In this document: piece by piece, positions 46,749-56,524 of the stretch
How the letters are laid out: each line of letters opens with the position of its first letter
How positions within the stretch are numbered: position 1 is the stretch's first letter
Assembly (NCBI GenBank): GCA_964585685.1
Contig: CAZPEP010000068.1
Coordinates: forward strand, 91,686-155,685
Length of the DNA stretch: 64,000 nt
Direction: 5' to 3'
Source of the DNA: an uncultured Eubacteriales bacterium
Lineage (GTDB): Bacteria > Acidobacteriota > Aminicenantia > Aminicenantales > Saccharicenantaceae
Notes under the pieces: generated by a model
Told to the model about the DNA's origin: nothing
The model's database searches: none
The model's input: the letters and a program-made list of their open reading frames with translations, nothing else
Made by a program: the position numbers and the translations under genes

Positions 46749-47873
46749 TTATTTTCCGTTGCGTTCAGTCCATTTTGTTTCTCTTGAGTCGAGCTTGGGC
46801 TCGGCCTTATTGTGCGAATTCCCGGTCATGGTGCTGGCCTCGAACGCCGCAGCCATTTCGTCCCAGCTCCACCCGTGCTGAAGGGAAAGCGCTGCGACGT
46901 GCTGCCGCCGCCACAGGACGTCGTTCGTGAGAAGTTCAACGGCGTGCCGGACAAAGGTTTCATCATCCGAGGCGACGAAGCCCGTCACACCGTCGAGCAC
47001 CCGTTCCGGCATGACGGCGATCGGTCTGACCACGGCGGGGACTCCCAATGCCTGCGCCTCGGCAACGGCCAGGCAGAAGGCTTCAACGCGATGCCCTCCG
47101 TAAAGCATGACACGACTGGAATACATCGCATCCCACAGCTCTTCCCGGCGCGCCGGAGGATGAGGATTCAGGGATCTGATCGCCTCCGCCGAATGCCCTT
47201 CAGGAATGAATTGCCCCAAACGTTTGCGTGTCTCTTCCCACCGGTCCGCGTAGCGGTACGCATAATCGCGGATGCCGTAGATGTGGAGCTCCGCGCCCGG
47301 CACCTGCGGCAGGATCCGTCGCTCCCAGATTCCGAGCAACCATCTTAAATCGCGCATCGGGTTGGACGCGAAGATGGCGCGGGGCGGGGGCGGAGTATCA
47401 AGCGAGGGGCGTCCGCGCACGGCGGCTGGAAGGCCGAAGGGTAGGATAAGAAGGGGATCGGGCTTGGGCAGAAAATGCCAGTAGACGGTGACCTGGTATT
47501 GGCTGACAAAAATCGGAAGGGGACGATAGAGCCACATTCGGAGAAAATGCAACCGCTTGCGCAGATTGTGCGGGGGCCAGACCAACCACAGCGCGCGGCG
47601 GCGGGGACGGCGGGCAAGGTCAAGAAGGTCCGGATGCTGCACGGCGAGAAAGAGATCGCATGGACCAGGGCTTTCCGCTTGCAGCGGCGACCATGTGACG
47701 CCTTGATGAATAACTCTTTCATCGCAATGAGTCAAGCAGGTCACGGTGTGCCCGCGCCGGGACAGGGCTTCGGCCAGGTAAATCACGGACATCTCCGTCC
47801 CGCCGAGCGGTCGGAGCGCCACGTCGCGTCCGTCATAATGATTGGTCCGATCCGCGATGACGATGCGCGCCAT
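46749..47873 (-). CDS. glycosyltransferase family 4 (GT-B fold)
   Basis: N-terminal GT4 sugar-donor domain. C-terminal EAQALGVPAVV..GVTGFV motif. Confidence 0.8.
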   Translation of the reverse strand: MARIVIADRTNHYDGRDVALRPLGGTEMSVIYLAEALSRRGHTVTCLTHCDERVIHQGVTWSPLQAESPGPCDLFLAVQHPDLLDLARRPRRRALWLVWPPHNLRKRLHFLRMWLYRPLPIFVSQYQVTVYWHFLPKPDPLLILPFGLPAAVRGRPSLDTPPPPRAIFASNPMRDLRWLLGIWERRILPQVPGAELHIYGIRDYAYRYADRWEETRKRLGQFIPEGHSAEAIRSLNPHPPARREELWDAMYSSRVMLYGGHRVEAFCLAVAEAQALGVPAVVRPIAVMPERVLDGVTGFVASDDETFVRHAVELLTNDVLWRRQHVAALSLQHGWSWDEMAAAFEASTMTGNSHNKAEPKLDSRETKWTERNGK

Positions 47874-47876
47874 GAC

Positions 47877-48992
47877 TCACTCGCGATTTGGTAAAGCGCG
47901 ATGGCCGGCGATCTGCTGCAGAATGTATTCGCAGATATTTCTGTGGGTATGGTGCCGGAGCACATGTTCCCGACCGGCTTCGGCCATTGCGCGCAGTTTA
48001 TCTTTATCGGCGAGCGCCGCTTTGACTGCGGCCGCAAGATTCCCCCCGGACGGTTCATAGAAGAAGCAGTGGATGCCCTCCTTCATTTTCCTGTGCCAGG
48101 TGATCCGGGGCTGGTTGATGACGGGGACGGAACGACAAACGGACGCTTCATAGTGCCGGAAACAATCCCAGCCCAATCCCTCGGGCGACCAGACCAGCCA
48201 AGCCTGGGCGCAGTGTTGGTAGAATTCCTTCCTGGGGAGCAGGGCAGGCGGCACATCGATCTTGATTCCGAAGCGCGATAGTTCGAGAAGCTCGGGAAAT
48301 CCGCTGCACCGGACTTCTGAGTTCATCCGTCCGGAGAAGAATATATCCGTCGTTTTTTCCGATGGTTTATCCGGGACATCGGCCAGCCTTCCGGCGGAAA
48401 TTCCGATCGACGTCGGGAAGAGCTTTTGCTCATTATTTCGGTAGATGCGGCTTTGAAGGACCGCATCGGCGGAATCGAACCATGGGGTCGTTCCCAGCAG
48501 AAGCAATTCACGGGAGACGGGAAGCTCCCGCTTGAAATACCACGAAGCTTGCTTCAAGAGGTGATGGTTGTGCCGACGGATCTGGACCCGGTCGCTGTAG
48601 TCCAAAATGGCGAACGAAGCGTATCCGGTGAGCACGGGAGAGCGGAGGAGCACGTGGTAGAGAAGTCTTCGACATAAGGATTTTCGTGACCTGGCTTCTC
48701 TCCAGGGCGGCAACTCCGGAGGATAGCAGACGATAAGGTCGAAGGCACCGGAGGCCAGGCTGCGCCGGAGCCGCTGATACACCGGCCAGGACAGCAGCTT
48801 GTGATCCGGGACCTGTATGTTGTCCGTTGGTTCTCCCGCCCATATGAGAGTGGTTTGCTCCGGCAATCCCTGCTTGAATAGGCACATGCCGCCCAATTCG
48901 AGGATACGCAGCTTTCTGTTCAGCCCGGGAGGTTGTTTCTTGCGCACGACAGGTGGACGCAGACCGCTGTCCCGCCTATCCTGGTTTTTCAC
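47877..48992 (-). CDS. hypothetical protein with GT-B-like C-terminal glycosyltransferase domain
   Basis: The C-terminal region EASVCRSVPVI..KEGIHCFFYEP..LAAAVKAALAD resembles a GT-B donor-binding domain. The N-terminus is unclear. Confidence 0.5.
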   Translation of the reverse strand: MKNQDRRDSGLRPPVVRKKQPPGLNRKLRILELGGMCLFKQGLPEQTTLIWAGEPTDNIQVPDHKLLSWPVYQRLRRSLASGAFDLIVCYPPELPPWREARSRKSLCRRLLYHVLLRSPVLTGYASFAILDYSDRVQIRRHNHHLLKQASWYFKRELPVSRELLLLGTTPWFDSADAVLQSRIYRNNEQKLFPTSIGISAGRLADVPDKPSEKTTDIFFSGRMNSEVRCSGFPELLELSRFGIKIDVPPALLPRKEFYQHCAQAWLVWSPEGLGWDCFRHYEASVCRSVPVINQPRITWHRKMKEGIHCFFYEPSGGNLAAAVKAALADKDKLRAMAEAGREHVLRHHTHRNICEYILQQIAGHRALPNRE

Positions 48993-49122
48993 CTGAGAAA
49001 AAACATATCACATAAAGAGTTCAAGTCAAGGATTATCGGGAACATCATGGAAGTTCCCCCCTACCCATCGGTCCCCCCCCGCTAGGGAGTCCGTATATTC
49101 CCTCATGGGCTTTTCGTGGTTA

Positions 49123-49152
49123 TTGACAGCGCCGCTCGGCCGGCGATATATT
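49123..49152 (+). promoter_or_regulatory. sigma70-type promoter (TTGACA-17-ATATAT) for cstA
   Basis: Near-consensus hexamers with a 17 nt spacer, 25 nt upstream of ATG 49177. Confidence 0.65.
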
Positions 49153-49176
49153 ACCAGTTACCTTTTGGAGGTTCCC

Positions 49177-50922
49177 ATGAACGTCCTCGTTATTCTCGGT
49201 ATCGCGGCAGTCGCCTTTCTCCTGGCCGGCCGGTTTTACGCTCGATTCATAGCCCGTCAGTTGGGAGAGGATCCGAATCGTCCGACGCCGGCGGTCACTT
49301 TCCGCGATGACCGCGATTTCGTTCCGACCAAAGCTCCCGTCGTGTTCGCCCATCATTTCTCAGCCATTGCCGGGGCCGGCCCGATTCTCGGCCCCACCAT
49401 GGCCATCCTCTACGGATTCGTCCCGGCGTGGCTGTGGGTCGTCCTGGGCGGGATATTTATCGGAGCTGTCCACGATTTTACGACGTTGTTCGTCAGCATC
49501 CGGGAAGGCGGCCGGTCCATCGCCGAAGTCGCCCGCCGCACCTTCGGCGTCCGCGGATTCAATCTGTTCATTTCGTTCACCCTCGTCATGGTCGTGCTGG
49601 TGACGTCCTCGTTCTTGAGCGCGACTTCGATTTCGCTCACTTCGATCTGGCCGTTGGCGAAAATCGGAGTGAAGGAAGGCGAGACGTTCTTGAAAACCGT
49701 CTTCGTCGACGGCATCCCGATGGGGAAGATCGGCGGGATCGCCTCGATGTCGGTAATCGTTATCACCCTGTGTTCGCCGATCCTAGGCTGGCTGATCTTT
49801 AAAAAAGGCCTCAAGATGGCCGTCGCCTATGTGTTGGCCGCGGCGATCTGTGTCGTTTCCGTACTTCTGGGCATCGCTTATCCCGTTTCGATGGCCGCCA
49901 CTACCTGGATGATCATTATCTCCATTTATGTTCTTTTGGCCGCCGGTGCTCCGGTGTGGATGATTCTTCAACCGCGAGATTTCATCAACGTCCAAATCCT
50001 CTACGGCGGCATCATTCTGATGGTGGTTTCGCTGATCCGCGCGGGATTCTCCGGGCTCCAGGTAACGGCCCCGAGTATCAACTTGGCCGAAGGCGTCAAG
50101 AACCTTGGCCTGGTCTGGCCGATGATGTTTTGCATGATCGCCTGCGGGGCGATTTCCGGCTTTCACGCCCTGGTGGCCGGAGGGACGACGGGAAAACAGC
50201 TGGCCAAGGAAACGCATGCCCGAAAAGTAGGCTATAATGCCATGCTCCTGGAATCTCTGTTGGCCGTTTGCGTTCTGCTGGCGATCGGAGCGGCCTTGAG
50301 CTTCGCCGATTACAAATCGATCGTCTGGCCGACGGACCCTGGGGTCAAGTCCAATCCCATCCTCGGGTTTTCGCTGGCGGCGGGCCATCTCTTCCACCGG
50401 GGCTTGGGGATTCCTCCGGCCTTGGGAACGGTTTTCGGAATCCTTCTGGTCGAGGGGTTCGTCGTCACGACGCTCGATGCGGCCGTGCGCCTGAACCGTT
50501 ATCTCTTCGAAGAGCTCTGGGGCATTATATTTAATAAAGTCCCCGGGTTCCTCAGGCATTCTTGGGTCAATTCCGGGCTCTCCGTCATCATCATGTGGGT
50601 CCTCGCGTCCTCGAGCGCCTTTAATCTTCTCTGGCCGATTTTCGGGACGGCCAATCAAATGTTGGCGGCCATGAGTTTGCTGGCGGTTTCGGCGTGGCTG
50701 ATGCTCCGAAAAAAGCGGGCCTGGTTCACCCTGATTCCGGCCGTTTTCATGATGATCACGACGATTGCTTCTCTGGTGATCCTCTTCGGCAAATACCTGC
50801 ATAAGAAAAACTATATATTGGCGGCGGCCGACGTGGTCCTGTTTTCCCTGGCGATCGGCGTCGTGATGCTGGTAGGAAAATCGTTTAAAAACCGGGATCA
50901 TAAGGCCCCGGCCGCCGGCTGA
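49177..50922 (+). CDS. cstA: carbon starvation protein A (peptide/pyruvate transporter family)
   Basis: RBS ggagg. FAHHFSAIAGAGPILGPTMAILYGFVPAWLWVVLGGIFIGAVHDF is the CstA N-terminal signature. Confidence 0.9.
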   Translation: MNVLVILGIAAVAFLLAGRFYARFIARQLGEDPNRPTPAVTFRDDRDFVPTKAPVVFAHHFSAIAGAGPILGPTMAILYGFVPAWLWVVLGGIFIGAVHDFTTLFVSIREGGRSIAEVARRTFGVRGFNLFISFTLVMVVLVTSSFLSATSISLTSIWPLAKIGVKEGETFLKTVFVDGIPMGKIGGIASMSVIVITLCSPILGWLIFKKGLKMAVAYVLAAAICVVSVLLGIAYPVSMAATTWMIIISIYVLLAAGAPVWMILQPRDFINVQILYGGIILMVVSLIRAGFSGLQVTAPSINLAEGVKNLGLVWPMMFCMIACGAISGFHALVAGGTTGKQLAKETHARKVGYNAMLLESLLAVCVLLAIGAALSFADYKSIVWPTDPGVKSNPILGFSLAAGHLFHRGLGIPPALGTVFGILLVEGFVVTTLDAAVRLNRYLFEELWGIIFNKVPGFLRHSWVNSGLSVIIMWVLASSSAFNLLWPIFGTANQMLAAMSLLAVSAWLMLRKKRAWFTLIPAVFMMITTIASLVILFGKYLHKKNYILAAADVVLFSLAIGVVMLVGKSFKNRDHKAPAAG

Positions 50923-51000
50923 AGCTCCGCGGACTTACGTCCGGGGAATCCCGCGAAGGGGATTGAAATCGGGAAGGGTTTCGACGTGGGGGGGGAATGC

Positions 51001-52203
51001 TTAGCGAATGGGGCGGGGCGAAAAGGCGAGAACCTGAAACGGCTCCTCGTCCGGCCGGCCCGGAGAGATGTGCAGCTCGGGTTCCGCACCCAGGACCATG
51101 ATGGTGCAGCCGTAGGTTCCCGCATTGTTGATCCCCGAAGCGCGATTCTGGAAGAGAGCCTTGAGGCTGGCGAGGTCGATCGCGGTGGAGTTGTCCTTGA
51201 GGACCTGACCGAGAAAGTTGAATCGCGGACAGAGAGTCCGGTATTTCTCAAGGGTCATCCCCCCGCGCTTCAACGTCTCCGGGAATCTCGGATTGAAATC
51301 GTCGTTGATCAGAGGATGGTTCGTATGGTAGGTGAATTCGGCGCCCTCGAACGGGAAAAAGCTGGATATTTTGCAGGCCGAGCGCTCGAAGGCGGCGGCA
51401 TCGGCCGGCCCGCCGATGACGTAGTTCTGCGGCGCCGCGGGTTGGATGTCCTGAAGAAACTTCACTGCCTGCTCGTAGGATTTTTGGCGTAGGATCCCCC
51501 TGATGACGAAGGCGACGGGGAGTCCTTTCGGGGAATAGGCGAGCTGGGTGACGGCGTTGACACAAACCGCGACCGACCGGCCATTCAACCCGTTGGCGGC
51601 GACGACGCCCGGGATCGTAAAGACGAGGGTTTCCAGATCCTCCCGCTTGTCTCGCAGGCGAAGGACCGTCTGAAAACCATGATAGAAGGCTGGGATATCG
51701 AGTGTTTGGGCGACATAAGCGGGGTTTCCGTTCCTTTTTCCGGCGGCTATGGATGTGCACTTGGAGAGACCCAGGTCTTCGTTGATGGCCCAGATCTCGT
51801 CGATGAGCTGATAGGCATACATCGTATCGAAATCCACGCCGGCTCCGTCGGCGATGCCACGGACTTCATCGAGGAGGCCCGGCGTCCATCGGGCGATGGC
51901 GGGCTGGAAATCCGTTTTCTTTAGGAGATTCTTGATGAAAGCCTCCGCCGTGACCCGATACGTCTTTACCAGGTCCTCTTTCCAGCGCTTGAGCAGTTCC
52001 CGAATTTCCGGTTTGAGAGTCTGCCCGTGGACCTTCCCCATCTGGTAAGGTGTTCCCTCCAGATCGACGATCCTGAGTTTCTCTGCCCGTCCGGGCATGG
52101 AGCTGTCCCCGGTTGCAAAGGCCAACGACCGGAAGATTACGAGGACAAGCAGGAGCACAATCCCTTTGACCGATAATGTCGTCGCGTGTTTCCTTTTTTT
52201 CAC
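51001..52203 (-). CDS. C45 family peptidase / acyl-CoA:6-aminopenicillanic acid acyltransferase-like Ntn hydrolase
   Basis: Signal peptide present. Nucleophile context LSKCTSIAAG. Family-typical length. Confidence 0.7.
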   Translation of the reverse strand: MKKRKHATTLSVKGIVLLLVLVIFRSLAFATGDSSMPGRAEKLRIVDLEGTPYQMGKVHGQTLKPEIRELLKRWKEDLVKTYRVTAEAFIKNLLKKTDFQPAIARWTPGLLDEVRGIADGAGVDFDTMYAYQLIDEIWAINEDLGLSKCTSIAAGKRNGNPAYVAQTLDIPAFYHGFQTVLRLRDKREDLETLVFTIPGVVAANGLNGRSVAVCVNAVTQLAYSPKGLPVAFVIRGILRQKSYEQAVKFLQDIQPAAPQNYVIGGPADAAAFERSACKISSFFPFEGAEFTYHTNHPLINDDFNPRFPETLKRGGMTLEKYRTLCPRFNFLGQVLKDNSTAIDLASLKALFQNRASGINNAGTYGCTIMVLGAEPELHISPGRPDEEPFQVLAFSPRPIR

Positions 52204-52269
52204 CAGGCTATACTCCCCCTGCGCTTTATCCTGCCCGCCTATGTCCCTTATAATAATGCTTCAATTGGA

Positions 52270-55200
52270 TCATATTCCCGGCTTCTTAACCATTGAAGAC
52301 TCTTCTTGAGTTGGACCGCCTCTTCCCTTTCGCCAACGCTTCCAGAGGTTGTCGAAGGAGACGTAGAAGACCGGCGTGACGTAAAGCGTGACGAGCTGCG
52401 AGAACAGCAGTCCACCGACGACGACCAGCCCCAACGGGCGCCGCGATTCGGCCCCGGCGCCGAAACCGATGGCGATGGGCAGAGTCCCGAGCAGGGCAGC
52501 CATGGTCGTCATCATGATAGGCCGGAACCGGATGAGGCAAGCCTCGAAGATCGCGGCCTCGGCTTTCTTTCCCTCCCCGCGTTCGGCGGCCAGGGCGAAA
52601 TCAACCATCATGATGCCGTTTTTCTTCACCAGCCCGACCAGCATGATGACGCCGACGAAGGCGTAGATGCTGAGCTCGGTCCGAAAAATGAAAAGTGTCG
52701 CCAGGGCCCCGAAGCCGGCGAACGGCAGGGCGGAAAGGATCGTCAGCGGATGGATGAAGCTCTCATAAAGGATGCCCAGGATCATGTAGATGACGATGAT
52801 CGTCATCAGGAGGAGGAAGCCCAGGCCGCTCATTGAGGACTTGAAGGCCTGGGCCGTGCCCTGGAAGTTCGTGCTGACCGAGGTCGGCAGGGTCTCCCGG
52901 GCCAGGCGCGTGATCTCCGTCACCGCCGGGCCGAGCGAAATGCCCGGCCTGAGGTTGAAGGAAACCGTGACCGATGGGATCTGACCGGAGTGGTTCACCG
53001 TCAGGGGGCCGACCGTCGGGGTCAGGCGCGCCACGGAATCGAGAGGCACAAGTCTCCCTGTCGACGATTGAATGTAGAGCTTGGAGAGTTGGGACGGGTC
53101 GTTTTGATATTGGGGCTCGAGCTCCATGATTACATAGTATTGGTTGGTGGCGGCGTAGATCGTCGAAACTTGGCGGGAGCCGTAGCTGTAATAGAGGGCG
53201 TCCTCGATCTGAAAGGGCGTGACGCCCAGGGCCAGGGCCTTGTCCCGGTCGATCTTGACCGTGACTTCGGGGTTTTGGAGCTGCATGTCTGACGTCACGT
53301 CCTGGAGGAGCGGCAGGGTACGCATCTTGGTTTCGAGCTGGGCCGCGCCGCTGTAGAGGGTATCGACCTCGGGGCTCTGGAGGGTGAACTGGTAGAGGCC
53401 CTTCGTGAAACGCCCTCCGATCGTGATGGGCGGAGGATTTTGAAGGAAGGTGTTGATTCCGGTGATGCCGAAAAGCTTAGGTCGAAGGCTCTCGATGACC
53501 GCGTCTACCTTGAGCGGCCTCAGGCCGCGCGGCTTCAGGCGGATGAACATGCGGCCCGCATTGCTGGCCCCGATGCCGCCGATGGACGAGACGAAAGACT
53601 CGATGTTGGGGTCGTCTTGAACCACCTGCGCCACCGCGGCCTGATGCTCCGTCATCGCCCGGAAGGAGATGCCCTGGGCGGCTTCTGTCACTCCCACCAT
53701 GAGGCCGGAGTCCTCGCTCGGGATGAACCCCTTGGGTATCTTGATGAAGAGGATGACCGTCAGGACAAGAATGAGCGCGGAGAAGGCCAGCGCCGAACGC
53801 CGATGCCTCAGTACCCAGGCCAACGTCACCCGGTAGAAATTGAGCATGACCTGGATACTTTTTTCGGCTGCGTGATAAAAGGCTCCGTGTTTTTCCTGGC
53901 CCGGGGCCCGGAGAATGCGGCTAGCCATAGCTGGGGTCAGGGTCAGGGAGACGAAACCGGAAAAGAGGACCGCCACTGCGATGGTGATAGCGAACTCGTG
54001 GAAGAGGCGCCCCAGGATCCCCCCCATGAACAGGATGGGGATGAAGACCGCGGCCAGCGACAGGGTCATGGATACGATCGTGAAACCGATCTCCTTCGAG
54101 CCCTTGAGCGTGGCCTCGAAGGCCGACTTGCCCATCTCCTGATGACGGACAATGTTCTCAAGCATGACGATGGCGTCGTCGACCAGGAAGCCGATCGATA
54201 GGGTTAGGGCCATCAGGGTCAGGTTGTTGAGGCTATAGCCGAGAAGCTGCATGACGGCGAACGTCCCGACGATAGAGAATGGCAGGGCCAGGCTGGGAAT
54301 GACGGTTGCCCGGACGCTCCTCAGAAAGAAAAAGATGACAAAGACGACCAGGATCAGGGCGAGGATGAGCGTAAACCGGACGTCGTTGACCGAGGCCTGG
54401 ATGGACTCGGATCGGTCGATGAGGACCTGGAAGTCTACCGAGGCCGGCAGCAGGGAGCGGAACAGGGGGAGGAGCTTCCTGACGGCGGCGGCCACGGCGA
54501 CCGTGTTCGTCCCAGGCTGGCGCTGGATCGCGAGCATGACCGCCCGCTCGTGCGATTTGTCCTTATAGGCCCAGGCTGCGACTTTGTCGTTCTGAACGCT
54601 GTCGATGACCCGGCCCAGGTCCTTCAGCCGGACCGGCGATCCGTTCCGGTAGGTCACGACGAGCTCCCGGTATTCGGCGGCGTTATTGAGCTGGCCGGTG
54701 GACTGGATCGTGAAGGCCCGATTGGGCCCGTAGAGGGTTCCCGTCGGCAGGTTCACATTGCCGGCCTGGACCGCGTGGCTGACCTGGTCGATCCCGATCC
54801 CTCTCGAAGCCAGGGCGTTGGGATTGAGCTGGACTCTGACGGCGTAGGTCTGCGACCCATAGACGGCCACCTGGGCCACCCCGTTGATCATCGAAATGCG
54901 CTGGGCCATCATCGTCTGGGCGTACTCGTCGAGCGTCGAGAGAGGCAGGGTCTCCGACTTGAGAAGCAGGAAGAGGACCGGCGTGCTGGCCGGGTTGACC
55001 TTCTGGTAGACGGGTGGCGAGGGCATGTTCTGCGGCAACTGGCGGGCAGAGAAGGCGATGGCCTCCTGGACGTCCTGGGCGGCGGCGTCCAGGTTGCGGC
55101 TTAAGGCGAACTGGAGCGTGATCTGGGTGAGGCCGAGCTGGTTGGTCGAAGTCATGGAATCCAGGCTCTGGATCGTCGAGAGCTGCTTCTCGAGGGGCGT

Positions 55201-55392
55201 CGCGACCGTCGCGGCCATGGTCTCTGGGCTCGCGCCGGGCAGTCCGGCGGTGACCTGGATGGTCGGGAAATCGACATTAGGGAGGTCGCTTACCGGGAGG
55301 AGGCGGTAGCCCAGAATCCCGAAGATGAGGAGCGCCGACATCAGCAGCGTCGTCATCACGGGGCGGCGGACGAAGGTTTCCGAAAAATTCAT
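52270..55392 (-). CDS. RND efflux transporter permease (AcrB/HAE1-like)
   Basis: 1040 aa with 12 TM segments. N-terminus MNFSETFVRRPVMTTLLMSALLIFGILGYRLLPVSDLPNVDFPTIQV. Confidence 0.92.
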   Translation of the reverse strand: MNFSETFVRRPVMTTLLMSALLIFGILGYRLLPVSDLPNVDFPTIQVTAGLPGASPETMAATVATPLEKQLSTIQSLDSMTSTNQLGLTQITLQFALSRNLDAAAQDVQEAIAFSARQLPQNMPSPPVYQKVNPASTPVLFLLLKSETLPLSTLDEYAQTMMAQRISMINGVAQVAVYGSQTYAVRVQLNPNALASRGIGIDQVSHAVQAGNVNLPTGTLYGPNRAFTIQSTGQLNNAAEYRELVVTYRNGSPVRLKDLGRVIDSVQNDKVAAWAYKDKSHERAVMLAIQRQPGTNTVAVAAAVRKLLPLFRSLLPASVDFQVLIDRSESIQASVNDVRFTLILALILVVFVIFFFLRSVRATVIPSLALPFSIVGTFAVMQLLGYSLNNLTLMALTLSIGFLVDDAIVMLENIVRHQEMGKSAFEATLKGSKEIGFTIVSMTLSLAAVFIPILFMGGILGRLFHEFAITIAVAVLFSGFVSLTLTPAMASRILRAPGQEKHGAFYHAAEKSIQVMLNFYRVTLAWVLRHRRSALAFSALILVLTVILFIKIPKGFIPSEDSGLMVGVTEAAQGISFRAMTEHQAAVAQVVQDDPNIESFVSSIGGIGASNAGRMFIRLKPRGLRPLKVDAVIESLRPKLFGITGINTFLQNPPPITIGGRFTKGLYQFTLQSPEVDTLYSGAAQLETKMRTLPLLQDVTSDMQLQNPEVTVKIDRDKALALGVTPFQIEDALYYSYGSRQVSTIYAATNQYYVIMELEPQYQNDPSQLSKLYIQSSTGRLVPLDSVARLTPTVGPLTVNHSGQIPSVTVSFNLRPGISLGPAVTEITRLARETLPTSVSTNFQGTAQAFKSSMSGLGFLLLMTIIVIYMILGILYESFIHPLTILSALPFAGFGALATLFIFRTELSIYAFVGVIMLVGLVKKNGIMMVDFALAAERGEGKKAEAAIFEACLIRFRPIMMTTMAALLGTLPIAIGFGAGAESRRPLGLVVVGGLLFSQLVTLYVTPVFYVSFDNLWKRWRKGRGGPTQEESSMVKKPGI

Positions 55393-55405
55393 GGCGCCTT
55401 CCCTC

Positions 55406-56524
55406 CTAGCGGCCGGTCTTGACCTCGACGCGCGCGCCGGGGGCGAGGCGGAGCTGCCCGTCCGTGACGACGCGTTCCCCGGGCTTCAGCCCTTCCATGA
55501 TGACGGATTCCTCGCCATATGTGCGGCTGACCTTGACCGGTCTCATTTCGGCGGTCATGTCGTCCTTGACGACATAGACGTACTGGCCGGCCTGCCCAGT
55601 CTGGACGGCGTGGGACGGGACGACGACGACCCCGTTCTCGGTGGTCAGAGTCAGGCGGACGTTCAGGAACTGGCCTGGCCAGAGGGCCCCTTCACGGTTG
55701 TCGAAGGTCGACTTGAGCAAGATCGTCCCCGTGGACTGGTCGATCGCGTTATCGACAAAGGTCAGGATACCGGAGACCGGCGGTTGTCCGTCGCCGGTTG
55801 GAACGGCCTCCGTCTTCAGCGGCTCCCTGGCCATGAACTCCTTGATCCGCGGCAGGTGCTGCTCGGGGACGGAGAACGTGACGTAGATGGGCGTCGTCTG
55901 GCAGATCACGACGGCCGGGCCGACGTCGTTGGCCTTGACGATATTGCCCGCACTGATGAGGAGACTTCCCGTTCGGCCGTCGATTGGCGACCTGAGCGTT
56001 GCGTAATCGAGTTGCAGACGGCTGTTGGAGACGTTGGCCTCGTCGGCCTTGACGCCGGCGGCAAGGACGTCCCGGTTGGCGACGAGCGCATCATATTGCT
56101 GCTTTGTTACATAATCCTTCTCTATGAGGTTGGCGTATCGCGCGACGTCGGCCTGCGCGTTTTGGAGAAGGGCCCGGTCTTTCTCGAGCAGGGATTCAGC
56201 CTGCTTCAAGGCGATCTCGAAGGGTCGCGAGTCGATGGTCAGCAGCCGGTCCCCTTTCCTGACAGTCTGGCCTTCTTTGAAATATACGCCCGTGACTTCT
56301 CCGCCGACCTGAGCCTTGACGGAAACCGTCGATATGGCTTCGACACGGCCGACGGACGCGATCCCGAGAGGAACGTCTTTCTGAATGGTGGGGACCACAC
56401 TCACGGGGCTTTTGGCGAAAGCCCTTCCGGACGGTTGTCCGCCAGGGGACGAGCAGGCCGCCGTCCAGAGGACCGCAACGACCGCCGCCATTATTCTGAT
56501 GAACTTGAAAAGGGACGTCATCAT
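55406..56524 (-). CDS. RND efflux periplasmic adaptor (MFP)
   Basis: Signal peptide. Lipoyl/beta-barrel/MP domain pattern. Coupled to the upstream OMF by a 4 nt overlap. Confidence 0.88.
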   Translation of the reverse strand: MMTSLFKFIRIMAAVVAVLWTAACSSPGGQPSGRAFAKSPVSVVPTIQKDVPLGIASVGRVEAISTVSVKAQVGGEVTGVYFKEGQTVRKGDRLLTIDSRPFEIALKQAESLLEKDRALLQNAQADVARYANLIEKDYVTKQQYDALVANRDVLAAGVKADEANVSNSRLQLDYATLRSPIDGRTGSLLISAGNIVKANDVGPAVVICQTTPIYVTFSVPEQHLPRIKEFMAREPLKTEAVPTGDGQPPVSGILTFVDNAIDQSTGTILLKSTFDNREGALWPGQFLNVRLTLTTENGVVVVPSHAVQTGQAGQYVYVVKDDMTAEMRPVKVSRTYGEESVIMEGLKPGERVVTDGQLRLAPGARVEVKTGR

